DNA of 64,000 nucleotides from Abditibacteriaceae bacterium (GCA_965277285.1 OZ255721.1:1024001-1088000), one strand, 5' to 3'. Positions 10,702 through 21,055 are shown, numbered from the stretch's first letter. A program made the numbers and translations. Notes: generated from the sequence alone by a model not told the origin.

Positions 10702-11226
10702 TTAGAAAATTAATTTGCTTTCTTGTCGAAATTGCTTTTTCTCAACAGGAGACATCTTGTCATAAAGAACACGAATCGTATATCCACCAGACAACTTGCC
10801 ATTTGTGGTGAACATCCAATCGCTAATGTCTTGTGGCGCAACTGTTACCGGATCGCCCATCTTTACGGAGGTCACTTCGACTGGCTCATCGGACAAACGA
10901 CCATAAAAAAGCTTGCCGATGTATGTCACATGGGAAAGCCATATATGCTCGCCACCTTTTCTTACGGCGAAACGTTTTTTGATGGAAAAATTGTGTTGCC
11001 CCGTCTTAGGCGAGCGCAAAGCCGCAATAAAAACATTGATGGTCGAACGTGCTTTTTGTATCGCAGCGTTCATCGCCACATCTTCATTGGAGACAGAAAC
11101 GACATCGGGTTCGCCTTCACGCTTGAGAGTTTCTCCGGCATGTTCCAGAGAGTTCGGCGGCTTCGGCTGGCAGCCAGCCAAAAACGCTAATTCGACAACA
11201 ACGCCAAAAAACAAACTGAATCTCAT
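10702..11226 (-). CDS. YegJ/DUF2314 family lipoprotein
   Basis: Lipobox LAGC; MNAAIQKAR, EHIWL, ISDWM, GGYT. Confidence 0.8.
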   Translation of the reverse strand: MRFSLFFGVVVELAFLAGCQPKPPNSLEHAGETLKREGEPDVVSVSNEDVAMNAAIQKARSTINVFIAALRSPKTGQHNFSIKKRFAVRKGGEHIWLSHVTYIGKLFYGRLSDEPVEVTSVKMGDPVTVAPQDISDWMFTTNGKLSGGYTIRVLYDKMSPVEKKQFRQESKLIF

Positions 11227-11241
11227 TTTGCCCTCTCCAAA

Positions 11242-12465
11242 TCAACCCACTTTCAAGCGCACAAACTTCCGTTTTCCGGCTTTCAAAACTTGGCCGTCGC
11301 GCGGTGTGAAAGTTTGCGCGATGTCGGTGATTTTTTCGTTGTCGAGCGAAACGGCGCCGCCTCCAACTAAACGCTTGGCTTCGGCGCCGCTGATTTCAAA
11401 GGCATCGCGCAACAAACTCACAATCGAGTACTCGATTGGTTGAACCTGGAAGTCCGGCATCTCGTCGGGAACTTCGCGCAAACTGAACTGCTTTTCCCAA
11501 CGTTCCTGCGCGATTTGCGCGGCTTCTTCGTCGTGATAACGCGCGACGATTTCGCGTCCCAAGCGCTTTTTGGCGTCCATCGGATGCGCGGCCAACAAAC
11601 CGTTGATTTCGCTTTCGGCGACGGTCGTGCAAAGCGTAAAATAACTGCGCATCGCTTCGTCGGGAATGCTCATCACTTTGCCGAACATTTCGGCTGGCGC
11701 TTCATCAATGCCGATGTAATTGCCCAAACTTTTGCTCATCTTTTGCGTGCCGTCGGTTCCAACCAACAGCGGCATCAGCATCACGACCTGCGATTCCTGA
11801 CCGTCGATGCGCTGCAATTCGCGCCCGACTAAATTGTTAAATCGCTGATCGGTGCCGCCCAATTCGACATCAGCTTTGATGGCAACCGAATCTTGTCCCT
11901 GACAGAGTGGATACAAAATCTCGTGCAAACCAATCGGCTTGTGCGCTTCCAATCGTTGCGCGAAATCTTCGCGTTCCAGAGTTTGCGCGACTGTGTATTT
12001 CGCGGCCAATTGAATGACCTCGGCGAAACCCATTTTGCCCAGCCAATCACCGTTGAAATGGACGACGGTGCGGCTTTCATCGAGTACGCGAAACAATTGC
12101 TGCTGATAGGTTCGCGCGTTTTCTTCGACTTGAAGTCTTGTCAGTTGCGGGCGCGTTTTGCTTTTGCCGGTCGGATCGCCGATTTGAGCGGTAAAATCGC
12201 CGATGATGAGATGCGCTTCGTGCCCCAAGTCTTGGAAAGCACGCAGCTTTTGTAGCACAACCGCGAAACCCAGATGAATATCGGGCGCGGTCGGGTCAAG
12301 GCCAAGTTTGATGCGCAAAGGCTGATTGGTTTTCTTCGATTTGAGCAATTTGGCGCGCAGTTCTTCGCGCGAAATAATCGAATCGGCGCCGCGCGACAGC
12401 GTTTGTAAAGCGGTTTCGATGGCGGGATCGTTGATGGTTTCAGTGGTTTGGTTTTCAGTATTCAC
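11242..12465 (-). CDS. tyrS: tyrosine--tRNA ligase
   Basis: GLDPTAPDIHLG, GGTDQRFN, KMSKS, C-terminal S4 domain; start is GTG 12465 or ATG 12474. Confidence 0.95.
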   Translation of the reverse strand: MNTENQTTETINDPAIETALQTLSRGADSIISREELRAKLLKSKKTNQPLRIKLGLDPTAPDIHLGFAVVLQKLRAFQDLGHEAHLIIGDFTAQIGDPTGKSKTRPQLTRLQVEENARTYQQQLFRVLDESRTVVHFNGDWLGKMGFAEVIQLAAKYTVAQTLEREDFAQRLEAHKPIGLHEILYPLCQGQDSVAIKADVELGGTDQRFNNLVGRELQRIDGQESQVVMLMPLLVGTDGTQKMSKSLGNYIGIDEAPAEMFGKVMSIPDEAMRSYFTLCTTVAESEINGLLAAHPMDAKKRLGREIVARYHDEEAAQIAQERWEKQFSLREVPDEMPDFQVQPIEYSIVSLLRDAFEISGAEAKRLVGGGAVSLDNEKITDIAQTFTPRDGQVLKAGKRKFVRLKVG

Positions 12466-12492
12466 AGCGGGCATTTTAGCAAATTGAAATAC

Positions 12493-12563
12493 GTAGGGAC
12501 GCAGATTTCTGCGTCCGCCCATTGTCAATTGCACACAATGGACGCAGAAATCTGCGTCCCTAC
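12493..12563. repeat. GTAG-type REP inverted doublet (REPIN-like)
   Basis: GTAGGGACGCAGATTTCTGCGTCC at 12493-12516 and its exact reverse complement at 12540-12563. Confidence 0.8.
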
Positions 12564-12603
12564 AATTGGAACGCCTGCGCAAAACCTTGCGTTTGACACC
12601 CTT

Positions 12604-13407
12604 ATGCCCACATCGAGTACTCGAACATCCACTGAACACAAACTTCCAGCTCGCAAAACGATTCGCCGCGTCAACGAACTTTTAGTCGAACGCTATGGCG
12701 CGCGGCAGCCGCTGGTGCGCGACCCATTGGATGGCTTGATTTTGATTATCTTGAGCCAAGCAACCAACGACATCAATTGCGACCGCGCGTTTTCCAGCTT
12801 GAAATCGACTTTTCCGACGTGGGATGAAGTTCTTGCCGCGCCCGTTGAACACGTTGCGGACGCGATTCGCAGCGGCGGTTTGGCGAATCAGAAAGCCAGT
12901 CGCATTCAAGCGATTTTGCGGCAGATCCAAGACGAAGCGGGCGACTTAAATCTCGATTGGATGCACGACGCGACCAGCGAAGAATGTCGTGCTTATATGG
13001 CGAAATTTCACGGCGTTGGGCCAAAAACAATCGCGTGCGTGCTGGTCTTCTTTTTAGGTAAACCGGCCTTTCCGGTTGATACGCACGTTCATCGCGTGAC
13101 CAAACGTTTAGGCTGGATTCGCCCGAATGCGAGCGCTGAAGAAGCGCATCGCGTCCTCGAAAAGTTGGTTCCCGATGAATGCAAATTGGACTTGCACGTC
13201 AATTTGATTTCGCACGGACGCGCCGTTTGTCGCGCCGAAGGCAACGGCGGCCCCAAATGCGGCGCGTGTTTGTTGAACAAATTGTGCGCTTATGGCAAAT
13301 TGCGCACAACCGATTCATCGGGTAAGAAGCCGCTATCGAGTACTCGATTTCACGGCACCGACTTTTTCGTGACATTGGAGAATGTGCCCAACGAACCTGA
13401 AGCGTAA
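12604..13407 (+). CDS. nth: endonuclease III / HhH-GPD DNA glycosylase
   Basis: ILSQAT, GVGPKT, FPVDTHV, C-terminal Cys cluster for 4Fe-4S. Confidence 0.85.
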   Translation: MPTSSTRTSTEHKLPARKTIRRVNELLVERYGARQPLVRDPLDGLILIILSQATNDINCDRAFSSLKSTFPTWDEVLAAPVEHVADAIRSGGLANQKASRIQAILRQIQDEAGDLNLDWMHDATSEECRAYMAKFHGVGPKTIACVLVFFLGKPAFPVDTHVHRVTKRLGWIRPNASAEEAHRVLEKLVPDECKLDLHVNLISHGRAVCRAEGNGGPKCGACLLNKLCAYGKLRTTDSSGKKPLSSTRFHGTDFFVTLENVPNEPEA

Positions 13408-13465
13408 GCGAGGGAGGTACATTTGAGTCAGATTGAAATCCCTCGCTTACGCTTCAGGTTCGTTG
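13389..13465. repeat. REP-like inverted repeat, family A (GAACCYGA.GCGT(A/C)AGCGA)
   Basis: 27-bp perfect arms; its TAA is the nth stop codon. Confidence 0.8.
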
Positions 13466-13522
13466 ATTGCGGCGGCACCGCGATTGCGACGAGTGCGGCC
13501 ACTTTTCGTGGAGAAGACTTCG

Positions 13523-14290
13523 ATGCTGCTTCCTCTTTTACTGATTGGCTTGTTCGCTCTCATCCCGTTGGGCGATGACAATACCGGGCGCAAAACACAG
13601 CCTTATGTCACCTATGCGCTGATCGCCGCTAACATCGCGGTTTTCGTACTGCTGCAAGGCGCGACGGCCAACAACGCTTTCACAGAAAGCTATTCGGTGG
13701 TGCCAGAGGAAATCACGCATGGAGGTCATTTGGTCGGCGCATCCGATGGCCCGATTTATCTGACGATTTTCAGCGCCATGTTCATGCACGGCAGCATAAT
13801 GCATTTGGGCGGCAATATGCTGTATTTGTGGATTTTCGGCGACAACCTGGAAGACGCCATGGGACACTTCAAATTTCTCGTCTTCTATTTAATTTGTGGC
13901 GTGCTGGCGACACTCGTCTATATTTTGAGCGCGCCCAATTCTCCCATTCCTTCCTTGGGCGCGTCCGGCGCGATTGCGGGCGTCTTAGGCGGCTATTTGC
14001 TGATGTATCCCAGTCGCCAGGTGCGCGTTCTGGTCGGATGGTTCGGTATTATCGCCATGCCCGCCGTTGTCGTCATCGGTTTCTGGGCAATTTTGTAGTT
14101 TTACAGCGGCTTCGGCTCGCTTGGACAATCGAAAACCGATGGCGTCGCTTATATGGCGCACGTCGGCGGCTTTCTCGCGGGTTTGATTTTAGTCAAACTC
14201 TTCGCCAGTTCGCGCAGCGCTCAAGTCGTCGCGCAACGCGAAAGCCAAGCGGTCGATTATTTTCCCTTCGGCGGCAAACAAAAATATTAA
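13523..14290 (+). pseudogene. rhomboid intramembrane protease interrupted by in-frame TAG (14096-14098)
   Basis: HLGGNM and GASGAI precede the stop; the same frame continues through GVAYMAHVGGF (catalytic His) to TAA 14290. Confidence 0.8.
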
Positions 14291-14318
14291 ACGCCAAGAC
14301 ACGAATCGAGGACTCGAT

Positions 14319-14406
14319 AACGAACCCTGAGCGTAAGCGACGGCTGAAAACTAAGAGTTGCCTGTAATTAATAGTTTTCAGCCGTCGCTTACGCTCAGGG
14401 TTCGTT
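14319..14406. repeat. REP-like inverted repeat, family A
   Basis: 35-bp perfect arms AACGAACCCTGAGCGTAAGCGACGGCTGAAAACTA. Confidence 0.8.
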
Positions 14407-14409
14407 GTT

Positions 14410-15126
14410 TCAAAACGGGCGGACGACGCGCAGTTCGTTGATGCCCGCGAAACGTTCTGCATCCAGCGTGACGAGTGGAATTTCGTGCGCCAGAGCCGTC
14501 GCGCAGGACAACGCGTCCACCGTTGTAAAACGTTGGTGGCGATTGGCGCTGGTCATCAATTCCACGGCGCGCGAACTGGCCATCGGCCCCAGCGACAACA
14601 CCGCATAAGGTCGCACGAAACTTTGCACGCGCGCGATTTGCGGCACATCGTCCGCGCCTTCCAATAACGCCAAATAAGTCGCTGTTGCCAGCCGAATCTC
14701 GACGTTGGGTTTCTCGAAAAATTGCGACGCTTGCTCGTTGCCGTTCGCCAGCGCCCAGCACACATCGAGATGAACAACCGTTGGCGTTCCAGCGGCAAGA
14801 GTTGAAGCCAAAGGTGCATTAGCGTTCGAGTACTCGATTGTGGACGCCGCGCCAAACAAGCCGAACAAAGCGCGCGGCCCGTCGGCGGGAGCGCTATTTC
14901 CCGTATTGACAACGGCGTGTCCGGTTTCGCGCTGTCGCCAACTCGCGCTTTGCGTCGGGTCTTGCGCGGGATTAGAAACGAACGCGTTCAGCGGCAAGGT
15001 TCCAACTGGCAAGGTTTTGCCTGGCGTTTTGGTGTGAACGCTCAAGCCCAGAGCGCGCGCCAAACGTTCGCGTTCGGCCAAAGGCAACTGCACAGCGACT
15101 TGCATCGCGTCTTCAAAAAGTGACAT
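14410..15126 (-). CDS. PIN (VapC-like) domain protein with N-terminal extension
   Basis: C-terminal DALSCATALAHEIPLVTLD..RF motif; GAGGAG RBS. Confidence 0.7.
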   Translation of the reverse strand: MSLFEDAMQVAVQLPLAERERLARALGLSVHTKTPGKTLPVGTLPLNAFVSNPAQDPTQSASWRQRETGHAVVNTGNSAPADGPRALFGLFGAASTIEYSNANAPLASTLAAGTPTVVHLDVCWALANGNEQASQFFEKPNVEIRLATATYLALLEGADDVPQIARVQSFVRPYAVLSLGPMASSRAVELMTSANRHQRFTTVDALSCATALAHEIPLVTLDAERFAGINELRVVRPF

Positions 15127-15295
15127 AAATATTTCTCCTCAACAGCGCGTTAAAATTCTCGCGCTTCCACGAGAACCGCAGTTCACAACAAACTGTAGGA
15201 CACAGATTATTGCGTTTGTTCTGATAGTTCGGTTTCTCAATCATCGAGTACTCGAACCTTGTGACAGCAAACGCAGCAAATCGCTACGGATGGAA

Positions 15296-17044
15296 TCAAG
15301 GTGTGGGAGCGTAAACTTCGACTTCACTTGTGAAAACGAAGTTTGGCGCGTAGCCGTTGGTTTCATCGTAGTGATCGGGATACGTCAAGCGCACATAACG
15401 CGCGTTCACCGGAGCAAAAGTGAACAGGTGCCTGCGTTCGATGGCGAAGGGAAAAACGTGGCGGCCAACTTCGGTGAAGTTCACGCCATCGGCGCTCAGC
15501 GACACCTGGATGGTTTTGGTCGAGCCAAATGAAGGCACGCCAAGTCGCACCTGCGACACCAAAGATGCGGCGCCCAGATCAATAGTCGTGGCTTTGGGGA
15601 AAGCGTTGATTTCGCCGGACGCGAAAGTGTGCGGTTGGTCGCCGCTCCAGGAGCCATCGGTTAAGCCGCCGGTGCCATAGTTATAAACGTTGGGATCGGT
15701 GCTGGTATAGGTTTTGTGGAGCGCCAGATTGGGACCAGTGGGCGCGGGCACCGCGATGCTGAGTTGAAAATGATGGGCTACGGGTTGTGCGGCGGCGCGT
15801 TGCTTGGCCACCGTTTGCGCTTCTTCGTCGTCGAGAGCCTTGAGCAGCGGTGGCAGCGCATTTTGCACAGCGATACTGTGGCTCGCATAAGGCACTTGAA
15901 TCGAACGCCAGCGCGCATAATGCTCGTCGTTGTGTTGCAGCGTCAGTTTATGAACGGCCATCGCCTGATCGCGCATTGGCGTGGGGAGCAGCGCCAGATT
16001 GACGCCTTGCGCCAACTCGTCGCGCCCGAAATCGCCAACTTCTTCATCGTCAATTGTCAGGGTGTAACGCGGCGCCTTCAGGCCAGTGACTTGAAGTGGT
16101 TCCTGGTCGAGTGCGGTCACGAAATCCGACGATTTTACCGCCAGGTCTACCGCCGGATCGCTGGTATCCAAGGGAAAAGGCAACGCCGCATCGTTTTGTG
16201 TCCAGGAAAGCACGGCGCCCGAAGGTGTTTGATTGCTCGCTAAATTGGAGACTCGCGTGCCCTGCGCGCGCACGATCCGTTTCGCAGCGGCGTCAATGGC
16301 GACATCGGAAACCAGAGACGGCGCGCCCCACGCTTTGAGCAACGCCTCGGCCATGATGAGATGACCGCCCGGGCCAGGATGAACGCGGTCGGGAAGGATT
16401 TTCTGCGCCAGATTGGTATCCACAGCGTTGGCGCGTTGCAGCATCAAATTGACAGGCGTGTTGAAATCGGCGAGGCCGAGATTGCGTTGCTGCGCCGTCG
16501 TTTTGAGGAAGTCGCGGAAGTGTCGCAGAACAGCGTTGTAACCGCCCTCGAAAAGCGGCGGGCGCGTCACTTCGTCGTAAGGCGAAGGTTGAATCAGCGT
16601 GAAGCGAACGCCGGGCGCGCCCTTTTGCACCGTATCAAGAATGTGATTTATACCCGCCGAGTAAGTGTCGAAACCGCTCTGGCTGAAAGGGCTGTAACCA
16701 CCGTCGTTCATACCGAGCATAATCGTCATGACAGTGGGTTTATAAGCCAAAACATCGCGCTGCAAACGCAAGTCAATCGGGCCGCCACCGCCGCCGGTCA
16801 CACGGTCGCCACTCCAGCCAGAGTGCACAAACGACACGGGAAGATTGGGAAAGCGCGTCACGACATACGTTTCCACAAACGTCGTGTAAAGCCGCTGATC
16901 GGTGATGCTGTCGCCATAAAATACAACGCGATCATGGGCTTTCAGCGCGAAATCGGCACGCGCACTCTGGCACGCGCTCAACAATGCTACAACGCAAAGA
17001 ACAAGCGAACGTCGGAAAAATAATGGAGTTTTGGTGCGAGTCAT
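15296..17044 (-). CDS. secreted SGNH/GDSL hydrolase with C-terminal discoidin (F5/8 type C)-like domain
   Basis: GDSIT, GMND, DRVHP motifs; NLALHK...SADG...ARYVRL C-domain; signal peptide. Confidence 0.85.
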   Translation of the reverse strand: MTRTKTPLFFRRSLVLCVVALLSACQSARADFALKAHDRVVFYGDSITDQRLYTTFVETYVVTRFPNLPVSFVHSGWSGDRVTGGGGGPIDLRLQRDVLAYKPTVMTIMLGMNDGGYSPFSQSGFDTYSAGINHILDTVQKGAPGVRFTLIQPSPYDEVTRPPLFEGGYNAVLRHFRDFLKTTAQQRNLGLADFNTPVNLMLQRANAVDTNLAQKILPDRVHPGPGGHLIMAEALLKAWGAPSLVSDVAIDAAAKRIVRAQGTRVSNLASNQTPSGAVLSWTQNDAALPFPLDTSDPAVDLAVKSSDFVTALDQEPLQVTGLKAPRYTLTIDDEEVGDFGRDELAQGVNLALLPTPMRDQAMAVHKLTLQHNDEHYARWRSIQVPYASHSIAVQNALPPLLKALDDEEAQTVAKQRAAAQPVAHHFQLSIAVPAPTGPNLALHKTYTSTDPNVYNYGTGGLTDGSWSGDQPHTFASGEINAFPKATTIDLGAASLVSQVRLGVPSFGSTKTIQVSLSADGVNFTEVGRHVFPFAIERRHLFTFAPVNARYVRLTYPDHYDETNGYAPNFVFTSEVEVYAPTP

Positions 17045-17081
17045 AAAATCCTCTTTGGAGATGGGTTTGCAAATCGTAATT

Positions 17082-17225
17082 CTACTCAGGACGTTCTGTA
17101 CTGTAACCTGTTTTGCCCGCCGTTTTGGTGCGAACACTGAGAGCGCGAGCCAAGCGTTCGGTCAGAAGAAGTTGCACCAGAAGAAGTTGTACTGCGATGT
17201 GCATCGCATCTTCAAAAAGTGACAT
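17082..17225 (-). pseudogene. truncated duplicate of the PIN gene 5' end
   Basis: MSLFEDAMHIAVQL...ERLARALSVRTKTAGKT matches MSLFEDAMQVAVQL...ERLARALGLSVHTKTPGKT; upstream RBS region is also duplicated. Confidence 0.7.
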
Positions 17226-17333
17226 TTCAATTTCTCCTCAATAGCGTGTTACAATTATCGCACTTTCCCAGGCAAAGCATTGTGCGCACAAAGCAGTGCG
17301 CGACAATCGAGTACTCGATGCGAGGAGACGACG

Positions 17334-18563
17334 ATGAAAACTTCCAAACTGATGGTGTTGCTGTTGATTATTTTGTCGGCGCGCGGCGCCTTCGCCTGCA
17401 TCAACGACCGCGATAGCGACACTTTGGCGAATGAAGGCAAGCAGTTGCCCGATGTGGTGCGCGTCATCACCGGACGCTTCGAGCGCAATCCGCCACTGTA
17501 TTATCAAATGCGCATCACGCGCGTCGGAAAAGAATTGCAATCTCATCCCGAACGCTTGCCGCTTTATGACGACATCGCCGTTGCATATGACCGCTTGGGA
17601 AAAGACAACGACGCAATTTCGTGGATGAATCGCAAAAAGTCGCAACTGGCGCGCGTGAACACCAAAACGCCCGCCAACCACGAAGCGCTTTATCGTTATT
17701 ACGCGAATAACGGCACCTTCTGGGCGCATCGCTGGCTGCGCAACGGCGCCAATCGTGCGAAATTAAATGAAGTCAAAATTGCGCGTGATCTCATCGCGCA
17801 AGCCATCAAAATCAAGCCCAACGCGCACTTTGGGCGAGAAAAGTATCAATTGATGACGATGGATTGGATCATTGATCCGCGCGCGAAAGACGATGATGGA
17901 AAGATGCGCACCATGAACTTGGCCGACTATATTAGCGCGAAAATACCAGATGAAGAGTTGGGAAAGCCATCGCAAATGACTGGCCTGTCAGGTCTTATTG
18001 TGCTGGGCAACGCTTGGGAAAGTGTTGATATCTTCTATGCGCTGAGCGGTGCTTTAGATGCGAATGGAAAACCGACGTTGCAGTATCTGTCAATTCTACG
18101 TTGCCGCGAATTGATTTCCCAGGGTAAACGTTCGCTATTGCCAAATACCGGCACAGGAGCGCAGTTGCAAAGCGAATTTAAAATTGATGCCGATTCGCTT
18201 CAACCGATACACAGTATCGCCATCAACGTAGAAAACCAGGCCGCGATTGACACGGTTTATAATCGTTTGCGCACTGAAGCCGAAGCGTGGCAAGCGCGCC
18301 GCACCGCTTACATGATGACGCGATTGAAAGCTGGAAAACATCCCGACACCGATAAAATGTTCTGGCGTGATTGGCACGATACTGCGCCGCCTTCAATGGA
18401 TGTCGCGTGGTATTCAGTAGGTGCCGCCAAGCGCAATGGACCTGCCGAAGACTTGTTGATGCTTCAGCTTTTCTTTATCAGCGTTTTTCTTATCCCGCTG
18501 AGTTGGCGCATCATGAGGCTTCGCTTTGTCGCTTATAATCGCCGCTCGCACTCTAATTCATAG
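17334..18563 (+). CDS. hypothetical exported protein (TPR-like helices, C-terminal TM)
   Basis: Signal peptide, ACINDRD and NAHFGREKYQ motifs; GAGGAG RBS. Confidence 0.65.
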   Translation: MKTSKLMVLLLIILSARGAFACINDRDSDTLANEGKQLPDVVRVITGRFERNPPLYYQMRITRVGKELQSHPERLPLYDDIAVAYDRLGKDNDAISWMNRKKSQLARVNTKTPANHEALYRYYANNGTFWAHRWLRNGANRAKLNEVKIARDLIAQAIKIKPNAHFGREKYQLMTMDWIIDPRAKDDDGKMRTMNLADYISAKIPDEELGKPSQMTGLSGLIVLGNAWESVDIFYALSGALDANGKPTLQYLSILRCRELISQGKRSLLPNTGTGAQLQSEFKIDADSLQPIHSIAINVENQAAIDTVYNRLRTEAEAWQARRTAYMMTRLKAGKHPDTDKMFWRDWHDTAPPSMDVAWYSVGAAKRNGPAEDLLMLQLFFISVFLIPLSWRIMRLRFVAYNRRSHSNS

Positions 18564-18573
18564 AAATATAGAG

Positions 18574-18602
18574 GTGCAATCGAGTACTCGATTGCACTTT
18601 TT
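18574..18602. terminator. terminator hairpin built on the iterated palindrome
   Basis: GTGCAATCGAGTACTCGATTGCAC followed by TTTTT, between convergent genes. Confidence 0.6.
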
Positions 18603-18625
18603 CGCGTGTTATTCCAAGCTTGCGA

Positions 18626-19423
18626 TCAGCGAATGCAAACCACGTCGGGAACTGGCCATGAACCGCTGACATCGCGGTTTTCTTTTGAGGTTTGCAGCGA
18701 GATTTGTGTGGAACCGCCGCCATCGAGATTCAAGGCGTTGGGGCAACTTAAATTGTCGCGCCACACTGTTTGCCAGGCGGCAAACGAAAGTTCGCCATCG
18801 GCAATCGCAATCACGACGCGCCCGTTGCTGTCGATTCCCAGTGCGGTCCGCCGCGCCCATTGTGGTTTAAGTGTGGTGAATTGACCGTTCACGACCAGGC
18901 GCGGGCCGCATTGAATCGCTTCGAGGACGCGATGCGTTTTGCCTTGCGCGCGCAAGCTTTGGTAATCGCGCGTGTGAATGATGCGAGCGGCACTGCCTTC
19001 AACCAAAAACACGCCCCAATCGGCGGGATGCAAATCTGAAGTGCGCTTGTTGCCCGAAATGCGCAATCCCAAAGGATGACCTTCGGGATCGAAATAGCCG
19101 CCATTGACAACCGCAGTCGCACCGATTTTCTGTCGCCATTCGTCCGCCGTCAGCTTCGCGCCGCCTACAATGTGCACGCGCGACGGCAAAGCGCGCACTG
19201 CGATAATTTTCACCGCTAAATCCTGATCGGAAGCCGCAGTTTGGAACTCGCGCAAAGCGACATTTGGCGCAACTGTTTTCCAAGAAGTTGCGGCGCCGCT
19301 GGCCAGAGACGCGTCCGCGCGCGAAGTCTTAGTTTCCATTGCGGCACGACGCGCATTGCAACCGCTCAAAACCATCATGCATAGCACTACACACCAAATT
19401 GTTCCACAAAGAAATTGTCGCAT
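18626..19423 (-). CDS. phosphodiester glycosidase (NAGPA/DUF2233) family lipoprotein
   Basis: VNGGYF, GPRLV, RRTALG, ALNLDGGGS. Confidence 0.85.
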   Translation of the reverse strand: MRQFLCGTIWCVVLCMMVLSGCNARRAAMETKTSRADASLASGAATSWKTVAPNVALREFQTAASDQDLAVKIIAVRALPSRVHIVGGAKLTADEWRQKIGATAVVNGGYFDPEGHPLGLRISGNKRTSDLHPADWGVFLVEGSAARIIHTRDYQSLRAQGKTHRVLEAIQCGPRLVVNGQFTTLKPQWARRTALGIDSNGRVVIAIADGELSFAAWQTVWRDNLSCPNALNLDGGGSTQISLQTSKENRDVSGSWPVPDVVCIR

Positions 19424-19563
19424 CGCCGGTCATTTTATCAGGATTGAAGAGCGACCTCGAAACCTCTTAGCCAAGAAAAGAACACGGCGCTGCACGACAC
19501 GGATAACGCCGTGTCCTAAAATTCCATGTCCCACTTTCGGGACGGTTTCCTAAACTGCACTTC

Positions 19564-20526
19564 GTGAACCTGATTTATCTTTTTTCCGAAACGGGCATCG
19601 CGTTGCTCTTTATGGCTTGCGTCGCTTTTTCGTGGCGCAAGGTGCAACAGGACAACGCGCGCGAAATCAGCGTCGTCTTGTCCGCTGCGCTTTTCGCCGC
19701 GCTTTTTGAAAACCTCAATGTTTTGCAGGTTCACGGACGCGGCTCTTATTCCTACAACGCGAAATTTCACGTTTTTATCGGGCAAGTGCCACTTTTCATC
19801 ATCCTGGCGTGGAGCGTGATTTTGTGGACAGCAATGCAAATTTCTGCTTCGACGACGTTGCGCATACGCTACAAAATCATCGGCGATGCGGTTCTCGCTG
19901 TGTTGCTCGACTTGAGTTTCGATGCGACGGCGATTCGTCACGATTTCTGGTTCTGGCACGGTTTCGCGTTCAATCAGGGATGGTTTGGCGTTCCGGCAGG
20001 CAACTTTTTCGGCTGGATGTTTGTCGCGCTCGCCTTTTCGTTTTGCACGCGCAGCCTCGATTGGTGCGTTCAAAACGGCAAACTTCAAGCGCGATTTCGT
20101 GCCTTCATCCAACTGGTTTTGGTGCCGATTGTGGCGTTTGTTTTTTATCGCGCGGTGGAAGCGACCAACAACGCAATGTTGACAATTTTCGGATGGCGCG
20201 CCGATTTACCATCAACAGACCGCTTCGCGCTGGGCATTTTCTTCGCGCAGTTTTTCGCGTTGATGTTGTGGACGGTCTTTTGGACAGGACGACCGCGCAC
20301 AACGACAATCGAGTACTCGAATGCGCAAACTGAAGTTCATTTCGCACGAATGTGTCGCATTTTCTTTCATGGATTTGCGCTTTGTGGTTTGTTCGCACTG
20401 CCAGTTTCATCGCTTTTGGCTCAACAAAAACCCGCGCTGTTGGCAGTCGCGGGTTTGGTTTGTCTGCTGGATTGGGGTTATGAAAAACGTTTGCGCACCA
20501 AACGCGTTATTTCCCGTGCGCCTTGA
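19564..20526 (+). CDS. carotenoid biosynthesis membrane protein (CruF/DUF422-like)
   Basis: VPLFIILAW, DLSFD, WFGVPAGNFFGW; multi-TM. Confidence 0.7.
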   Translation: MNLIYLFSETGIALLFMACVAFSWRKVQQDNAREISVVLSAALFAALFENLNVLQVHGRGSYSYNAKFHVFIGQVPLFIILAWSVILWTAMQISASTTLRIRYKIIGDAVLAVLLDLSFDATAIRHDFWFWHGFAFNQGWFGVPAGNFFGWMFVALAFSFCTRSLDWCVQNGKLQARFRAFIQLVLVPIVAFVFYRAVEATNNAMLTIFGWRADLPSTDRFALGIFFAQFFALMLWTVFWTGRPRTTTIEYSNAQTEVHFARMCRIFFHGFALCGLFALPVSSLLAQQKPALLAVAGLVCLLDWGYEKRLRTKRVISRAP

Positions 20527-21055
20527 CGGTGATAAAAACGGGCGCTGCCGTCAAGCGTTGCTCGATGCTTTTGAGGCGCGCGTCAAGACGATAAACGCCA
20601 GGCGCCAACGCTTGTCCGTTGTTGTCTTTGCCGTTGTTATCCTTGCTGTCCCACACAGCGCTGTAAACTTGCGTTTTTCCAGCGTCGAGCGATTCTTCGC
20701 GCACCATCATAGTGAACCTGAGGCCGCGCGCCCATTCCCAGACCGGCGTTCCCTGCGCCGACCACGCGATGACATCGAAACTTTGTCCCGAACCGAAAGT
20801 CAGCGGTTGCGTTGTTTTGGAAACGTTGCGCACCGTCATTGTCAGATTGATTTTTTCACCGACAACATAAGTTTTCTTGTCAGTTTTTAACGAGAAAGTG
20901 ATGGGCGCACGCTTTGGTTTCATCGGTTTAGGTGTTGTGGTTGGCAAAGGCGCAGGTGTTGGAGTCGGCATTGATGAAGACGATGCGTGACTGGACACGA
21001 AAAACGAACTTGCGACGAAGAACGAAACGGCGAAAGCGAATCGAAAAGGTGTCAT
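20507..21055 (-). CDS. exported protein with BsuPI (intracellular proteinase inhibitor)-like domain
   Basis: LTFGSGQSFD, VWEW...FTMM, WD...G...PGVY; signal peptide. Confidence 0.7.
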   Translation of the reverse strand: MTPFRFAFAVSFFVASSFFVSSHASSSSMPTPTPAPLPTTTPKPMKPKRAPITFSLKTDKKTYVVGEKINLTMTVRNVSKTTQPLTFGSGQSFDVIAWSAQGTPVWEWARGLRFTMMVREESLDAGKTQVYSAVWDSKDNNGKDNNGQALAPGVYRLDARLKSIEQRLTAAPVFITVKAHGK

